Source: Balanoglossus misakiensis
Lineage: Eukaryota > Animalia > Hemichordata
Reading direction: 5' to 3'
Assembly: GCA_040954595.2 (NCBI GenBank)
Contig: CM082598.2
Span: 5,595,097-5,659,096, forward strand
Length of the DNA: 64,000 bases
Shown: one piece after another, positions 13,901 to 25,265 of the stretch
Layout of the letters: every line of letters starts with the position of its first letter
How positions within the stretch are numbered: the stretch's first letter is position 1
Program-made: the position numbers and the translations under genes
Notes under the pieces: generated by a model
What the model was told of the DNA's origin: nothing
Databases searched by the model: none
Seen by the model: only the letters and a program-made list of their open reading frames with translations

Positions 13901-16900
13901 TCTTTTTCCATGAATTGTTTGATATAAGACACCGTTTATGTTATTCTACATGTGGATATATAGTGAATCAACATTCGACTACACACAACTTCCATCCTGT
14001 TTGTAGGATATGAGAGAAAAAATCCCACCAAAATGAATAAATGGTAGAGACCGATTATTCATTTTGGCGACTTTTTCACTCTCGTGTCTACAAACGGGAT
14101 GGAAGTTGTGTGTGGTTGAACGTTGATTCACTATATATCCACATGAAGCATAACATAAACAGAGTCTTGTATCAAACATAATTAATGGAAAGGTAGCTGT
14201 CCAACAAGAAGTAGAAAATAACTTATAGAAGTCATATTTCTATGTTATCTTGTTGTGATGTATAACAACGTTTCCATTTTGCAAAGAAAATATGATTCCA
14301 TAGCATATAATGTGAGTTGAGCAGCTGGACGTTCGGAAACCTACTCCTAATGCAGGGGATTTTAATATCCCTCTTCCTCTAGTTGATAATGAAGCATGCC
14401 AATTCATAAGATTTGCTCTCAATCAAAATCTGCAATACTATATAATCTATATGCAGGGTTACCTTGAAAGAGAACTTTGCCTACATAGCATGCGCATGAC
14501 TTTACCATTATCACTCCATTCATTCAACTGCTCCATTAATTCAACCACCCACTATTCTTTGGAACATTAATTATTATATAACCTTTAGTTTTTTGTCCAC
14601 TGATTAAATGCATGTGTTGATGTTGTGTATTTTTCATGATGACATCTGCAACTTCTACCTTCCAAGGTATTCAGAACTCACTGATTTTATTCTGTGTGAC
14701 CTTAAACAGTTCAATTCTATCATGAATATTACCTAAACTACATGCTGATAGTGCATTTGTGTTATGTTATTTTTATTCTATTAGTTTGTCTGTTCACAAA
14801 TCATATTTATTTTTTCCTGGTTGAACCGATGAAGTGATTACGGTATTTACATTCTTAATCATATCCATACACATCAAAAATACAGAAGTAACATGTTTTG
14901 TTTTCGTATTGCAGGATGTAAGGAATCAAATTTTCAGCAGCAGTCTGTGGATATACCAGGTAAAAATGTATATTTATTTACAATACTTTATAATTCCTGT
15001 CGTAAGACTACAGTAAAACCCCTGCTAGCGGCCACCCCTATATAGTGGCCACTATGTTACAGTTCCTGTGCAATTCACATGTGCATTAACCTCTATATAA
15101 AGGCCACCTGTCTATAAAGGCCAGATTAGGAAAGTCCCTTGACTGGCCACTATAGACAGGTTTGACTGTATACTCAAACCATTTTCTAACTAGGGGAAGA
15201 ATGATATCTTTTTCTTGTAGTCTTATTTTGAGTTCAAACATAAAAAATCACAAATATTTATTTCTTGAGGTTATGTCTCCTTATACTTTGTATATTGCTA
15301 CAGTATGCAGGGGTACCTGTGTTTGTGGCCACTTCAATATAGTGGCAACTTGTTACAGTTCCTGAGCAATTAACGTGTACATTAATTGACCTGTCTATTA
15401 AGGTCACCTGTCTATAAAGGCCAGTTTAGGAAAGACCCGTGACTGGCCACTTCTGACTATATACAACAATAGAGTTTGGAGACTGGGAAGACCAAAAATA
15501 GCAAGACTGTCTGTGGACTTTTCTCCATTAAAGATTGAATTGATTCTGTTGGTTGTAGAAACACGCCTCTTCCCTATATTTGCTTCTCATTTGTACTTTG
15601 ACAGGAATGGAAGGATCCTCGACTGGAATGGAATCCCAGCAAATATGGCAATAAGACATCTGTAGTTGTACCACTTAAAAAACTTTGGTATCCAGACATT
15701 GCACTCTATAAAAGGTAGGTCCCCCCAATATTTATTTCACAACCATCATATAATCAGTTTCAATATTTTGGTAGTTTCAGACCAGATTATTACCATGGAA
15801 TCAGAGTATAGCTGTCATCTCATGCATGCAGAAACCAGTTTGCAATACAAGAAAAGTGTAAACATTACCACAGTGGGTATGATGTAAAGTGAATAGTAAC
15901 TCATCGTCATTAAAAGGACAAAGTCTCTCTCTCGCTGCCCTTTTTCCATTACTTATGTTTGATACAATACACCGTTTATGTTAATGTACATCTACATGCG
16001 CCATAAGGAATACGAACACATGTGTATATGTAGTGAATGAACTTTTAATCACACACAAATTCCATCCAACCTGTAGACATGAGAGTAAAAACTCGCACAA
16101 CATGAATAAATGGTAAACACCGATTATTCATTTTGGCGATATTTTTCACTGTCGTGTCTATATGCGGGATGGAAGGTGTGTGTGGTTGAACATTGATTCA
16201 CTCTATATCCACATGTACGATAACATAAATGGTGTCTTGTATCAAACATAATTAATGGAAAAAGGCCTGCGAAAGAGAGACTTTGTCCCTTTAATATAAG
16301 GGAAGTGGATGATGATGATGGTGATGATGATGATATGTCACCCTAAAGGGAGTCGGAAAAATATCCAATGTTCTTGATCGGGAAAACGGTAGGGACACGA
16401 GGGTATAGTTTCAGAGTCAGACGACTTAGTTAGTCCCCGCACCTTTGACATGGCATCTTCGATTACCGAGGATAAGCTGTTAATAGTACCGTATCAGTTC
16501 AACCACTCCATTAATTCAACCACCCACTATTCTTTGGAAAATTAATTATTTTGTAACCTTCAATTGTTTGACCACTGATTAAATGCATGTGTTGATATTG
16601 TGTATTTTTCATGAAAATATCTGCAACTTTGACCTTCCAAGGTATTCAGAACTTATTCTGGCTGACCTTAAACAGTTAAATTCTATCATAACATGCCATG
16701 CAAACATGCCCCCCTGAAAATTATTCAAGCACTTTGAGTGGCCATTTTTGTTGTTGTTATTTTTATTCTATTAGTTTGTCTTTTCACAAATCATATTTAT
16801 TTTTTCTGGTCGAACTGATGGAGTGATTACGGTATCACTAACAATTACCCTATTATTTGTTCCTACAGTGCAGACTTGCAACGCCAGCAATATCCCAAAG

Positions 16901-18462
16901 TATCTGATCCCAGTATCACCTGCCGTGTATTTCACGATGGCAATATCCTGGCCGTAACTCCGGGAATCTATAAACTGCCGTGTGTTATGAACATGGAACA
17001 TTTCCCCTTCGACAAGCAATACTGCTCCATGAAGTTCGGCACCTGGGCGTATGTCGAGTCTGAGGTCGACATAGTCTTAATGAACGACGAAGTCACCAAG
17101 GAGAATTACGTGGAAAACCGAGAATGGGCCATCACCAATTCGTCCGCCACGAAGGATTTGGAAATTTACCAAGAAATCGACGATGCCTTTCCAATCGCTT
17201 ATTTCAATATCACTCTCGAACGGAAACCAATGTATTACGTCATTAATCTCGTGGTGCCATGTATGATGTTGTCCGTTCTGACCTTGGCTGTTTTTTACCT
17301 GCCCCCAGACTGTGGGGAGAAGATTTCCTTGAGTATTTCTATTCTACTAGCTTTTCATGTTTTTAATCTCCTAGTCGCTGATATTATGCCACCTACATCA
17401 TCTCAAGTTCCCATGATATCCAGATATTTGATTTTTAACATGGCGTTGGTTGCTATGTCCGTTATCATGACTGCTTTTGTATTGAATATACAACGAGGGC
17501 CTGTTTCTAAGCGGCCAGTTCCGCGGTGGGTCCGGACAGTCTTCGTGAAAATTGCACCCAAGTTTCTGTGCATGCATCCGAAGAAGATTAAGAAGACGGA
17601 AAAGCAAATTATCAGGGACAAGGCGGAAATTGACCTGGAAACACTTACCAGTGCTCTACGCAGGCGCAATAAGGAATACGAACACAGAGTCAACAAGAGG
17701 CGAGACATTGCATCTCACGGCGGACGAGCAATATGGGTACCCAGAACAAGTCTCGGGAAAGAAATCCGACAGGAGGATATCCCATTGAAACTGCTCACAG
17801 AGGATACAAATAACATCAATTTTCCGAACAGCTATCCAAACAGGGAACAGAGTAAATATGAAACGAACGACTTTTCAGGGGAAAGCTGCCAAGGCAGAAA
17901 GCGACAGCCGCACCATAAAAACACAGGTCGACGGACATCCAGTGATTTTGAACACCATGTCATTGATTGTTTACAGTACATACTTAACAATATGCAAGAA
18001 AAATCTTTAGAAGATGCGGTACGTACTAATTTATTCGGACTTCGAAAACTATTATTATTGTTCATGTTGTTGATTGAAGGTGACTAAGTGGAAGGTGTAA
18101 CTCAATTCATCGAATAAATGGATAAAGCTCGATTTAAACAAAAATAGTTTTTTTTAAAGATGAAATATATTGTTGAAATTGATGTAAAGACAGTTATTCG
18201 TAGACAGGCAAAAATCTATCATCTCCCTTCTCCAAGTGAGTGTGATGCACACACAAGAAAAAATGAATCAAAGCTTAGATTTTTATTAGTATTATTGTGA
18301 AAACTTTTATCATTGTTCATCTTTCAGATTCAAGAAGAATGGAAGTTTGTCGCCATTGTCTTTGATCGGATTTTACTAGTGGTGTTTTCGGTTGTCTGTG
18401 GTATTGGAACTATTGCCATCCTCTTGTCAGTACCAACACATTCTTTATTTGCAGACTTTTAA
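10858..18462 (+). CDS. Nicotinic acetylcholine receptor subunit (Cys-loop, cation-type, non-alpha), 6 exons: 10858-10933, 12677-12825, 14915-14959, 15605-15714, 16869-18018, 18328-18462; 554 aa
   Basis: Cys-loop CVMNMEHFPFDKQYC, WxPDIxLY, MKFGTWAY, TM1-3 (RKPMYYVINLVVPC, LPPDCGEKISL), TM4 (EEWKFVAIVFDRILL). All introns are GT-AG with matching phases (1,0,0,2,0). The 45-nt and 110-nt exons match the neuronal CHRN gene layout. Confidence 0.95.
11178..11380. mobile_element. MITE family D (inverted), nAChR intron 1
   Basis: TA|CTGTAAAAC...GTTTTACAG|TA. Confidence 0.85.
12100..12451 (+). mobile_element. 3' fragment of the same Helentron/DINE-1-like family
   Basis: tgacctttgacct core; ends gcttgggccc...gctgcttgcagctttaat. 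Confidence 0.75.
12677..12825 (+). CDS. nAChR exon 2 (FEEKLQNDLFKNYKRFVHP...LLDV)
   Basis: ctgtag acceptor, gtaagt donor, typical N-terminal helix. Confidence 0.92.
13139..13487. mobile_element. MITE family B (Kolobok-like)
   Basis: Perfect 17-bp TIR AGCCTCTAGAGCTGCCA, TTAA TSD. Confidence 0.9.
13876..14193. mobile_element. MITE family A, right terminus clipped
   Basis: Family sequence. Confidence 0.82.
14505..14843. mobile_element. TA-flanked MITE (ends ...GATTACGG|TA), second copy at 16489-16832
   Basis: Two ~340-bp homologous segments in nAChR introns 2 and 4 with CCGTA/TACGG termini. Confidence 0.72.
14915..14959 (+). CDS. nAChR exon 3 (DVRNQIFSSSLWIYQ)
   Basis: 45-nt exon, ttgcag/gtaaaa, loop D Trp. 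Confidence 0.92.
15011..15168. mobile_element. pogo/Tigger-like MITE (TA|CAGT...ACTG|TA); decayed second copy ~15300-15460
   Basis: Terminal CAGTAAAACC / GGTTTGACTG; internal TATAAAGGCCAC repeats. Confidence 0.7.
15605..15714 (+). CDS. nAChR exon 4 (EWKDPRLEWNPSKYG...LWYPDIALYK)
   Basis: 110-nt exon, tgacag/gtaggt. Confidence 0.95.
15914..16290. mobile_element. MITE family A, full length with small insertion
   Basis: TTAA on both sides. Confidence 0.85.
16489..16832. mobile_element. TA-flanked MITE, copy 2
   Basis: TA|CCGTATCAGTTCAACCA...TGGTCGAACTGATGGAGTGATTACGG|TA. Confidence 0.75.
16869..18018 (+). CDS. nAChR exon 5 (Cys-loop, TM1-TM3, intracellular loop)
   Basis: Overlaps ORF 16876-18087; ctacag acceptor, gtacgt donor. 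Confidence 0.95.
18328..18462 (+). CDS. nAChR exon 6 (TM4 and stop)
   Basis: tttcag acceptor; IQEEWKFVAIVFDRILLVVFSVVCGIGTIAILL...TAA. Confidence 0.93.
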   Translation: MQEEWKFVAIVFDRILLVVFSVVCGIGTIAILLSVPTHSLFADF

Positions 18463-18523
18463 AAGTAAATGATGACAACCAAGAGGTAACATCAATAATG
18501 ACGTTCCAGAAGATCCATGTTAA

Positions 18524-19404
18524 AGGGACAAAGACTCTCTCTCGCTGCCTTTTTCTATTACATGTATATATGTTTGATACGAGACGCTATTTATGTTATA
18601 CTACATGTGGATATTTAGTGAATCATGTTCGACAACACACAACTTCCATCCCACTTGTAGACATGAGAGTGAAAAATCGCGTCAAGGACACGGTGGTCCC
18701 ATTGAGGGAATACACAAGAATAAGTCTACACTGGAGTACATGGCCATATACAGACAGACAGACACACACACACATAGCGAGAGATCAATGGGCAAGCACT
18801 GACTGACCCATAAGCTGCCAATGGCATATGTACTGTACATACACTAAATAGAACAGCTGGCCTCTTTAAAACTTAGCCAGTTATGTAATCATGCAGGAAT
18901 TTGCTGTGTATATAAAACACAGGAGGGGGCTTCCTGCCTAATTTAAACAACCCAATAAAGTAAATACACACCACTTTGCAAAGCAAATTCACATTTTTCC
19001 AGCTAATTTGCATATTTTTGGCAATGACAACTTCATTTGAACAAATTCCCATCTACAGCCCAGCCTGCATCTGTACACCAAATATCAAGGTGATACACGC
19101 AGCAGTTTTCAGTTTTTGATGTGGACGGACATACAGACATACATCCATCCATCCATACATACATACATACAGACGCAACCGATCCCATAAGGTCCCATGT
19201 TATACATGCCTGTACCAATGGGACCTAAAAAGCTATCCAAGATGAATGATCAGTCTTTACTATTTATTCATTTTGGCGAGATTTTTACTCTCATATCCTA
19301 CAAATGGGATGGAAGTTGTGTGTGGTTCAACGTTGATTCACTATATATCCACATGTAGAAGAACACAAACATTGTCTGGTATCAAACATAATTAATGGAA
19401 AAAG
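18524..19404. mobile_element. MITE family A split by an insertion (18524-18680 and ~19240-19404)
   Basis: Left and right arms flank the 18681-19230 element. Confidence 0.75.
18681..19230 (-). mobile_element. Different Helentron/DINE-1-like element inserted in a foldback MITE
   Basis: ggtcccattg subterminal repeat, (CATA/CAGA)n microsatellite, terminal hairpin aggtcccat...atgggacct. Confidence 0.6.
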
Positions 19405-20212
19405 TACCATGGCAAATGTACAATCAATATAAAGAGATACCAATGGATCGCTTTTACAACGACAAAAATTATAATATTTACCATATTTATGAGCAGGAAC
19501 CTTTATTATGCGATATTGTGATTTTGCTTAATTTTATAATTTTCTTCCAGCATTTTTAACATTGTATCTTTTAATGATGACTTGTGAGTTATGCGTGGTA
19601 CGTCAGCATATTCCTAACAGCTGAAAAAGTCAGCATTGCGAACTGCTGAAACTAAAGCATGTATTTCATGGACCAAATTTGTCAGGGATCTGATTGTAAA
19701 TAGTACATGAAATGGTACACATATTTGTTGAAAATGGTATGGCGTCGATTATATTCAACGACATCCTAAAAGGACACACTGAGAATAAACTGATACTAAT
19801 TCCCTTGTCCTTGGTAATTGTAGTTGGGCTGGTCCTTTCTAACTTGCCAACTAGGACAGCAGAAAAGTTGGGAATTTTTAAAGAAAAAATATTTGAATGA
19901 GAACGGCTGAGTGGTACAGCATCTCAAATTGCTGTTCGGACAGATACATTCTTCTGATACTAATGCAAACATCAACAATAATCCACTCATGTTCCAGTGA
20001 CTTTTTTTTCTTTCAACAAACGACAACCATGTCAGCAATATCACACACACAAGTACTTGGAACACATTATTGAATATGAGCTTTTATAAACTACGCAATA
20101 TTAAAAAGCACTTCTGTTTCTGTGCGTTTACTATCAGGATCATTCATTTCACCAAATAGTTGGGTAGGTGGGTATTAGGATATTACTCATAATAATGTGT
20201 AGTTTCCATTAA

Positions 20213-20548
20213 AGGGACAAAGTCTCTCTCTCGTTGCCCTTTTTCCTTTAATTATATTTGATACAAGACGCCGTTCATGTTATTCTAAATGTGGATATGT
20301 AGTTAATCAACGTTCGACCACACACAAGTTCCATCCCGTTTGTATGATATTAGAGTGAAATGAATAAACAGTCTCTACCATTTATTCATTTCGCCGGGGT
20401 TTTTACTCGCATATCCTACAAACGGGATGGAAGTTGTGTGTGGTTAAATGTTGATTCACTATACATCCACATGTAGAATAACATAAATGGTGTCTTGTAT
20501 CAAACATAATTAATGCAAAAATGGCAGCGAGAGAGAGCCTTTGTCCCT
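20213..20548. mobile_element. MITE family A, full length
   Basis: TTAA on both sides. Confidence 0.87.
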
Positions 20549-22183
20549 TTAATATTATCAATATGGGATACTATGTTTATTGCATTACTCAAACGTAATT
20601 TGTTCACTAGCGATCTATAAAATCTGGAATGTTACAACTTTCACAGTAAATATTTTTTCCACTTTTATTAAACCTGAATGTAAGTTGTTTTAATAATTGA
20701 CCTAAGTATGTCTTTTTAATATGAAACCCCTGAGTTTTGAAGATATTAATTTCAGCAGTGTCATGTTAACTCCTAATTTGCATGTGCGTATGCAACGAAA
20801 TTGGATAATTGGCACTGTAAATCCTACGTGATAATCAACAACACTGAAATTACGAAGATGACAAAGATGAGTACTGTGGAAAATATCCTTTAAATTATCA
20901 TTCGGCTTTGAACTTGGGATGTGTGTCATAATACTTCGCCAACATTGGTTGAAATTTTCCTTTCCAAATGTACAGTTTATATTGTTTAATTTCATGTCTA
21001 CAAACTATAATGAAAACACTGGGCACTTTCATGAAACATCTAATAGAAGAGGTTTTATTGAAATTAAATCATATTCTTCAGGAAATTATATTTAAATTAT
21101 ATATAAACTATTTGAAAATTTATGAAAATAATTTGACCTCTTTCTATATTTATAAAAGAAAACCATTCAGTTTTGCTGAGACAGATATTACTCTATAAAT
21201 ATTGTAGGTATAATTCCCTTCAATATCTTCTCATTGCAACATTTTTGTTCTACCTTTTTATTGGTGACAGCTTAACACGTGAAAGCATTGCAGTTGCCAA
21301 ACATTTCAATTTTTTTCCCTGGATGCAATACACTAGTAGCTGTACATTTATAGCTAGAAGGCTCTGACCCTTGTATAAATGTTTAGAAAGTGTTCTACTA
21401 GTGCAAGTCATTCTAGTGTCAGTGTTCTCCACAGGTTGGAAAATTAATGTAGCGCCTAATTTGAATAAAATTTGCATAAATAATAATCAGCAGAAGTTTC
21501 TGCCAGGCAAGTCACTTTTCACATTTGACAAAAACTACAACAATACAACCACTAAGACTTACTGAAATAAATAATCAGCTGAAATATTTCCCCCTCATAA
21601 ACTGAATAAAGACAACAACACTGACAAATGACAGCTTAGCCCTAAATACATGTACAGTTTTCAAAAATCTGATTTTTTGGAATAGCACTCAGACCAGTGC
21701 ATTGTCTCAGTTTGACATTATTTTTTTATGGATGCGTCCAGTCAGCAGAAACTCAACTTATGTGGCGCGACTAGGTCAACCAACCCTACGCCGTGTGTTT
21801 GTGTATAGTACCAGTTCCTGTATTACCAACAGACCCATTCCCGTGGGAATTATCCTTTCCAACACGGTCAGTAGAACCTCCAGAAAGATTTCCCATCATT
21901 GATGACACTGAATTGTCTTGACCCTGTTATGAAAGCACTTCACTAAGTGTTGCCGCCGCCAGATGCGTGAGGGCGCTGTCCACTATGCCTTGCTCACGCA
22001 TACTATGGACACTACCTAAATTTGTTTCACCTGTTCCCAAACGTTTGCATAAATGTTTGAAGTTGTTTTGCCATATTACAAACTGATCGTTCCACTGTAT
22101 CTAGCCGTCTACCGATATCACATTCATCCCTTGTATTTCGACCAACTGACCCTGGGGAAACATTCAGATATCTACCCTGACCC

Positions 22184-22936
22184 TAGCTGAAATGATTGTA
22201 GCGAGTGCTGCTAGGTTGACTGGTGTGTTCGCAGCCCTACTGCTACAAAGCCTAGTGTGTAATTTTCCAATCAACTTTCCGTCGACAGCTGAGTTACGGG
22301 GTTAACTCTTACCGCCGATAAAATTTGAAAACCGAACGGCTGCATCCCCCCACCCACCCACCCCCAAAATACCCCCAACTTAGTAGTCCAACGCCCAAAT
22401 TTCCCCCAAAGTGTCCTGCTTCCATTAAAAAAAAGATAAATCCACTGAAGTTTCGCCGATGTTTTCAAACTTTGTCCTAGCAGCACCCGCAACAATCATT
22501 GCAGCTACCCCGACCCTAGCTGCAATGATTGTAGCGGCCGGTGCTGCTTGGTTGACTGGTGTGCAGCATAACCGCTACAAGGCCTTGTGTGTAATTTTCC
22601 AATCAACTTTCGGTCGTCAGATAAACGATAAATCCACTGAAGTTTCGCCGATGTGTTCCGCCATGTTGGAGCAAACATGGCGGACAAAGTTTGTAAACAT
22701 CGGCGAAACTTCAGTGGATTTATCGTTTTTTTAATGGAAGTAAGACAACTTTGGGGGAAATTTGGGCGTCGGAGGTGTTTTTTTGGGGGGATGTACCCGT
22801 TCGGTGTTCAAATGTTATCGGAGGTAAGAGTTAAACCCTGTAACTGAGCTGACGACCGAAAGTTGATTGGAAAATTACACACAAGGCCTTGTAGCGGTTA
22901 TGCACCTAGCAGCACCCGCTACAATCATTGCAGCTA
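22184..22936. mobile_element. Two tandem TAG..CTA non-autonomous elements (22184-22507, 22517-22936), AcademH-like
   Basis: TIR TAGCTGCAATGATTGTAGCG..; 9-bp TSD ccc(t/c)gaccc at 22175, 22508 and 22937. Confidence 0.82.
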
Positions 22937-23042
22937 CCCCGACCCCTGCCTGACCTCCTCCCTGTGCCCGATGAAACGAGCGGAGGAGTGTTCAGGGCTT
23001 CATCAGAAATGACTGTAGAATTAACGTCTGTTCTCTCGAACC

Positions 23043-23515
23043 TAGCTCTGCGTACAGGTCTGTGTGTTCCCGGCGTTACACGGCCTCCACCTGATTTATT
23101 TTTGTGTGTTTACATGTTGAGATCGCCGTATTGAATATAAGGCTTAGGCCTACAGCAGGTTTATTTCCATGGGTAAACATAGAAGTTTTAGAAAGCCAGT
23201 CGTTCAGACGTTAGAAGAAGTTGACCGCATCATATTTGGAGTCGGTTAGGAGGTAGAAGTAGACAGGGAAAGGATTTTGCTTCGATAAAATCGAATTTCG
23301 GCCGAAAAAGCTGCGGTCCGGATCCGGACCGCAGACGCACCAGTTTTTTCTATGGCGCCTTGCAGGGCTGTGGTGAAGGCCGTGTAACGCCGGGAACACA
23401 CAGACCTGTACGCAGAGCTATCTTGAACCTAGCTCTGCGTGGCAGGGCTGTGTTGTTACGGCGAGCCTCCACCCACAGGCTCGCCGTAACAACACAGCCC
23501 TGCCACGCAGAGCTA
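23043..23515. mobile_element. Two tandem TAG..CTA elements (23043-23420, 23430-23515), AcademH-like
   Basis: TIR TAGCTCTGCGT..; 9-bp TSD tct(c/t)gaacc at 23034, 23421 and 23516. Confidence 0.85.
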
Positions 23516-24944
23516 TCTTGAACCCGGATTCAAACTTACTGTTGAAAACAACCTCCCTATCCTGCGATATATTCGTATCCCCCAAATAAGTAGCCATGAT
23601 ACAATTTACCGGATAAAATGCTTTCTATGTGAAACAACACCAACCTAGGCTAAAATCGACACAGAGATCGGACGATGAATGCCCTAAATGAACACGGTAC
23701 AGCTCTCAAATCACAACAAAAGAAGGCGACACAGAAGCCCGGGGAATGTGTTGCACTGACCTGCGTTAACAGATCCCGTGAGGAGTACGGTGCCCAGAGT
23801 GCTAACACATCCCTAAACTTCGGTGGCCTCTTTTGCACACAACAATACAACGGTTCTCAACAAACAGCAATCACCAACGCCACAGGTCACACCGATTCTA
23901 TAAAGCGCTCTCAACTACGGTGCTGACCTGTGCCCACAAACAGCTGTCTCTGCACACGGCGGTATAGGAACTCGCCAGAAAGCACGCGCTTCGACGAAGA
24001 TATCGGCCCACACCGAACTGCCGAAGTAAACACGACTTAGATCTCGCGATCGGTGACCCGCGGCTCGCTATCCGGTAGGGATAAAACAGGACTAATCAGG
24101 AAAATTGCACAGACTCAGCTCAGCCGAAACTTGGGGTTCCTTCTCCCCGTAAACACTAGGCTAAACACGTGACCCAGAACGCACTTCTGATTGGTGTAGA
24201 ACTCACCAAGGACAAGATGGGGAAACCCCTCCATCCGTAGCCCAGTAACGGTCACCATGGCAATACCACCAGTCAAGTGAAGCCACACAAAACACCATGC
24301 AGAATAATAAATCACATGGAATAGCAATTCCACAAAAATAGGATTACACAGTCAATAGCTAGACAACTCACTTCTACTATTGTTTTTTTTATTACATTTT
24401 ACATATAGCTAAGTCAGTCAAGTAAAGTTAATCCATTGTTCAAATAAAATCGTAGGGCCTATGGTCACAGCGCTTTATTTTGAGACAAATTTCGTTCCAT
24501 GTTTTGCCCATAGAGACATGATAGCAATGGTGAAAAATGCCGAGTCAGCCGTTTTCTTCTATTATTGACTAAATTCATGGCTCTGTATTTCAAAAACAAG
24601 CGCAGGGACCTCTATATTTTATCACCGTGACGGATTTTCATTATACGTACACAGGATATTATCCCAAAGTCCACAATTACAAGAAATGGCAATAATTTCA
24701 ATTTTATCCATCGTACATCCTTAGCCTAACTAGGAAAAACTCTGTTGCAATTTTCGGGTGTTCGGTGGTAAAATAATCCATCCGTTTCCGGAGCAAAAAT
24801 GCCGTTCGAGGTCTCGCACATTATATCCCCCGCTCTTTCAGTTTTCAAATCTGACTGGGCTCTGTTTGTTGTTCGTGGCTTCTTTCCTCAAAACAAGAGC
24901 GTATATATTCCAATCGCCAGTCTCCGCTATAACACTTGAAGAAA

Positions 24945-25265
24945 ATGGAAGTCATCAATTTCTTAGTTCTATCTCTTCTCCTGCCAAAGTTTCACTTAGT
25001 GTCGTCTGATTCGATAGTTACTCATGCCTTGACAGCTTCTATGAGCGACTCGTTTGGTGGAACATCCAGTCATATCATTCGAAACTCGTTCACCCTTTTG
25101 ATGTGTGTTCACGAATGCCTTCGTCGTAACAATACTTGCCAAGCTGTGAGTTACCGTGAATTTGAAGCAGTGTGTTACATACACCAAACATTAGGTGACG
25201 TTGTACATCAACCAGGGTCGCAAGTTGTTGTAAAGACTGATATTGACGCCGTCTTTCCTGACGAG
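24945..25265 (+). CDS. Mosaic gene exon 1: signal peptide + PAN/apple domain
   Basis: [14 protein letters not shown] leader; [17 protein letters not shown]...CYIH; gag|gtatgt. Confidence 0.85.

Noticed and set aside
14505-16832. Duplicated intronic segment before nAChR exons 3 and 5 as a conserved splicing element
   Set aside because: It has TIRs and TA flanks, so two MITE insertions are the simpler explanation.
20590-21330. Possible decayed L1/Tx1-type LINE fragment on the minus strand
   Set aside because: Composition is suggestive, but no continuous motif could be read; needs a translated search against RT libraries.
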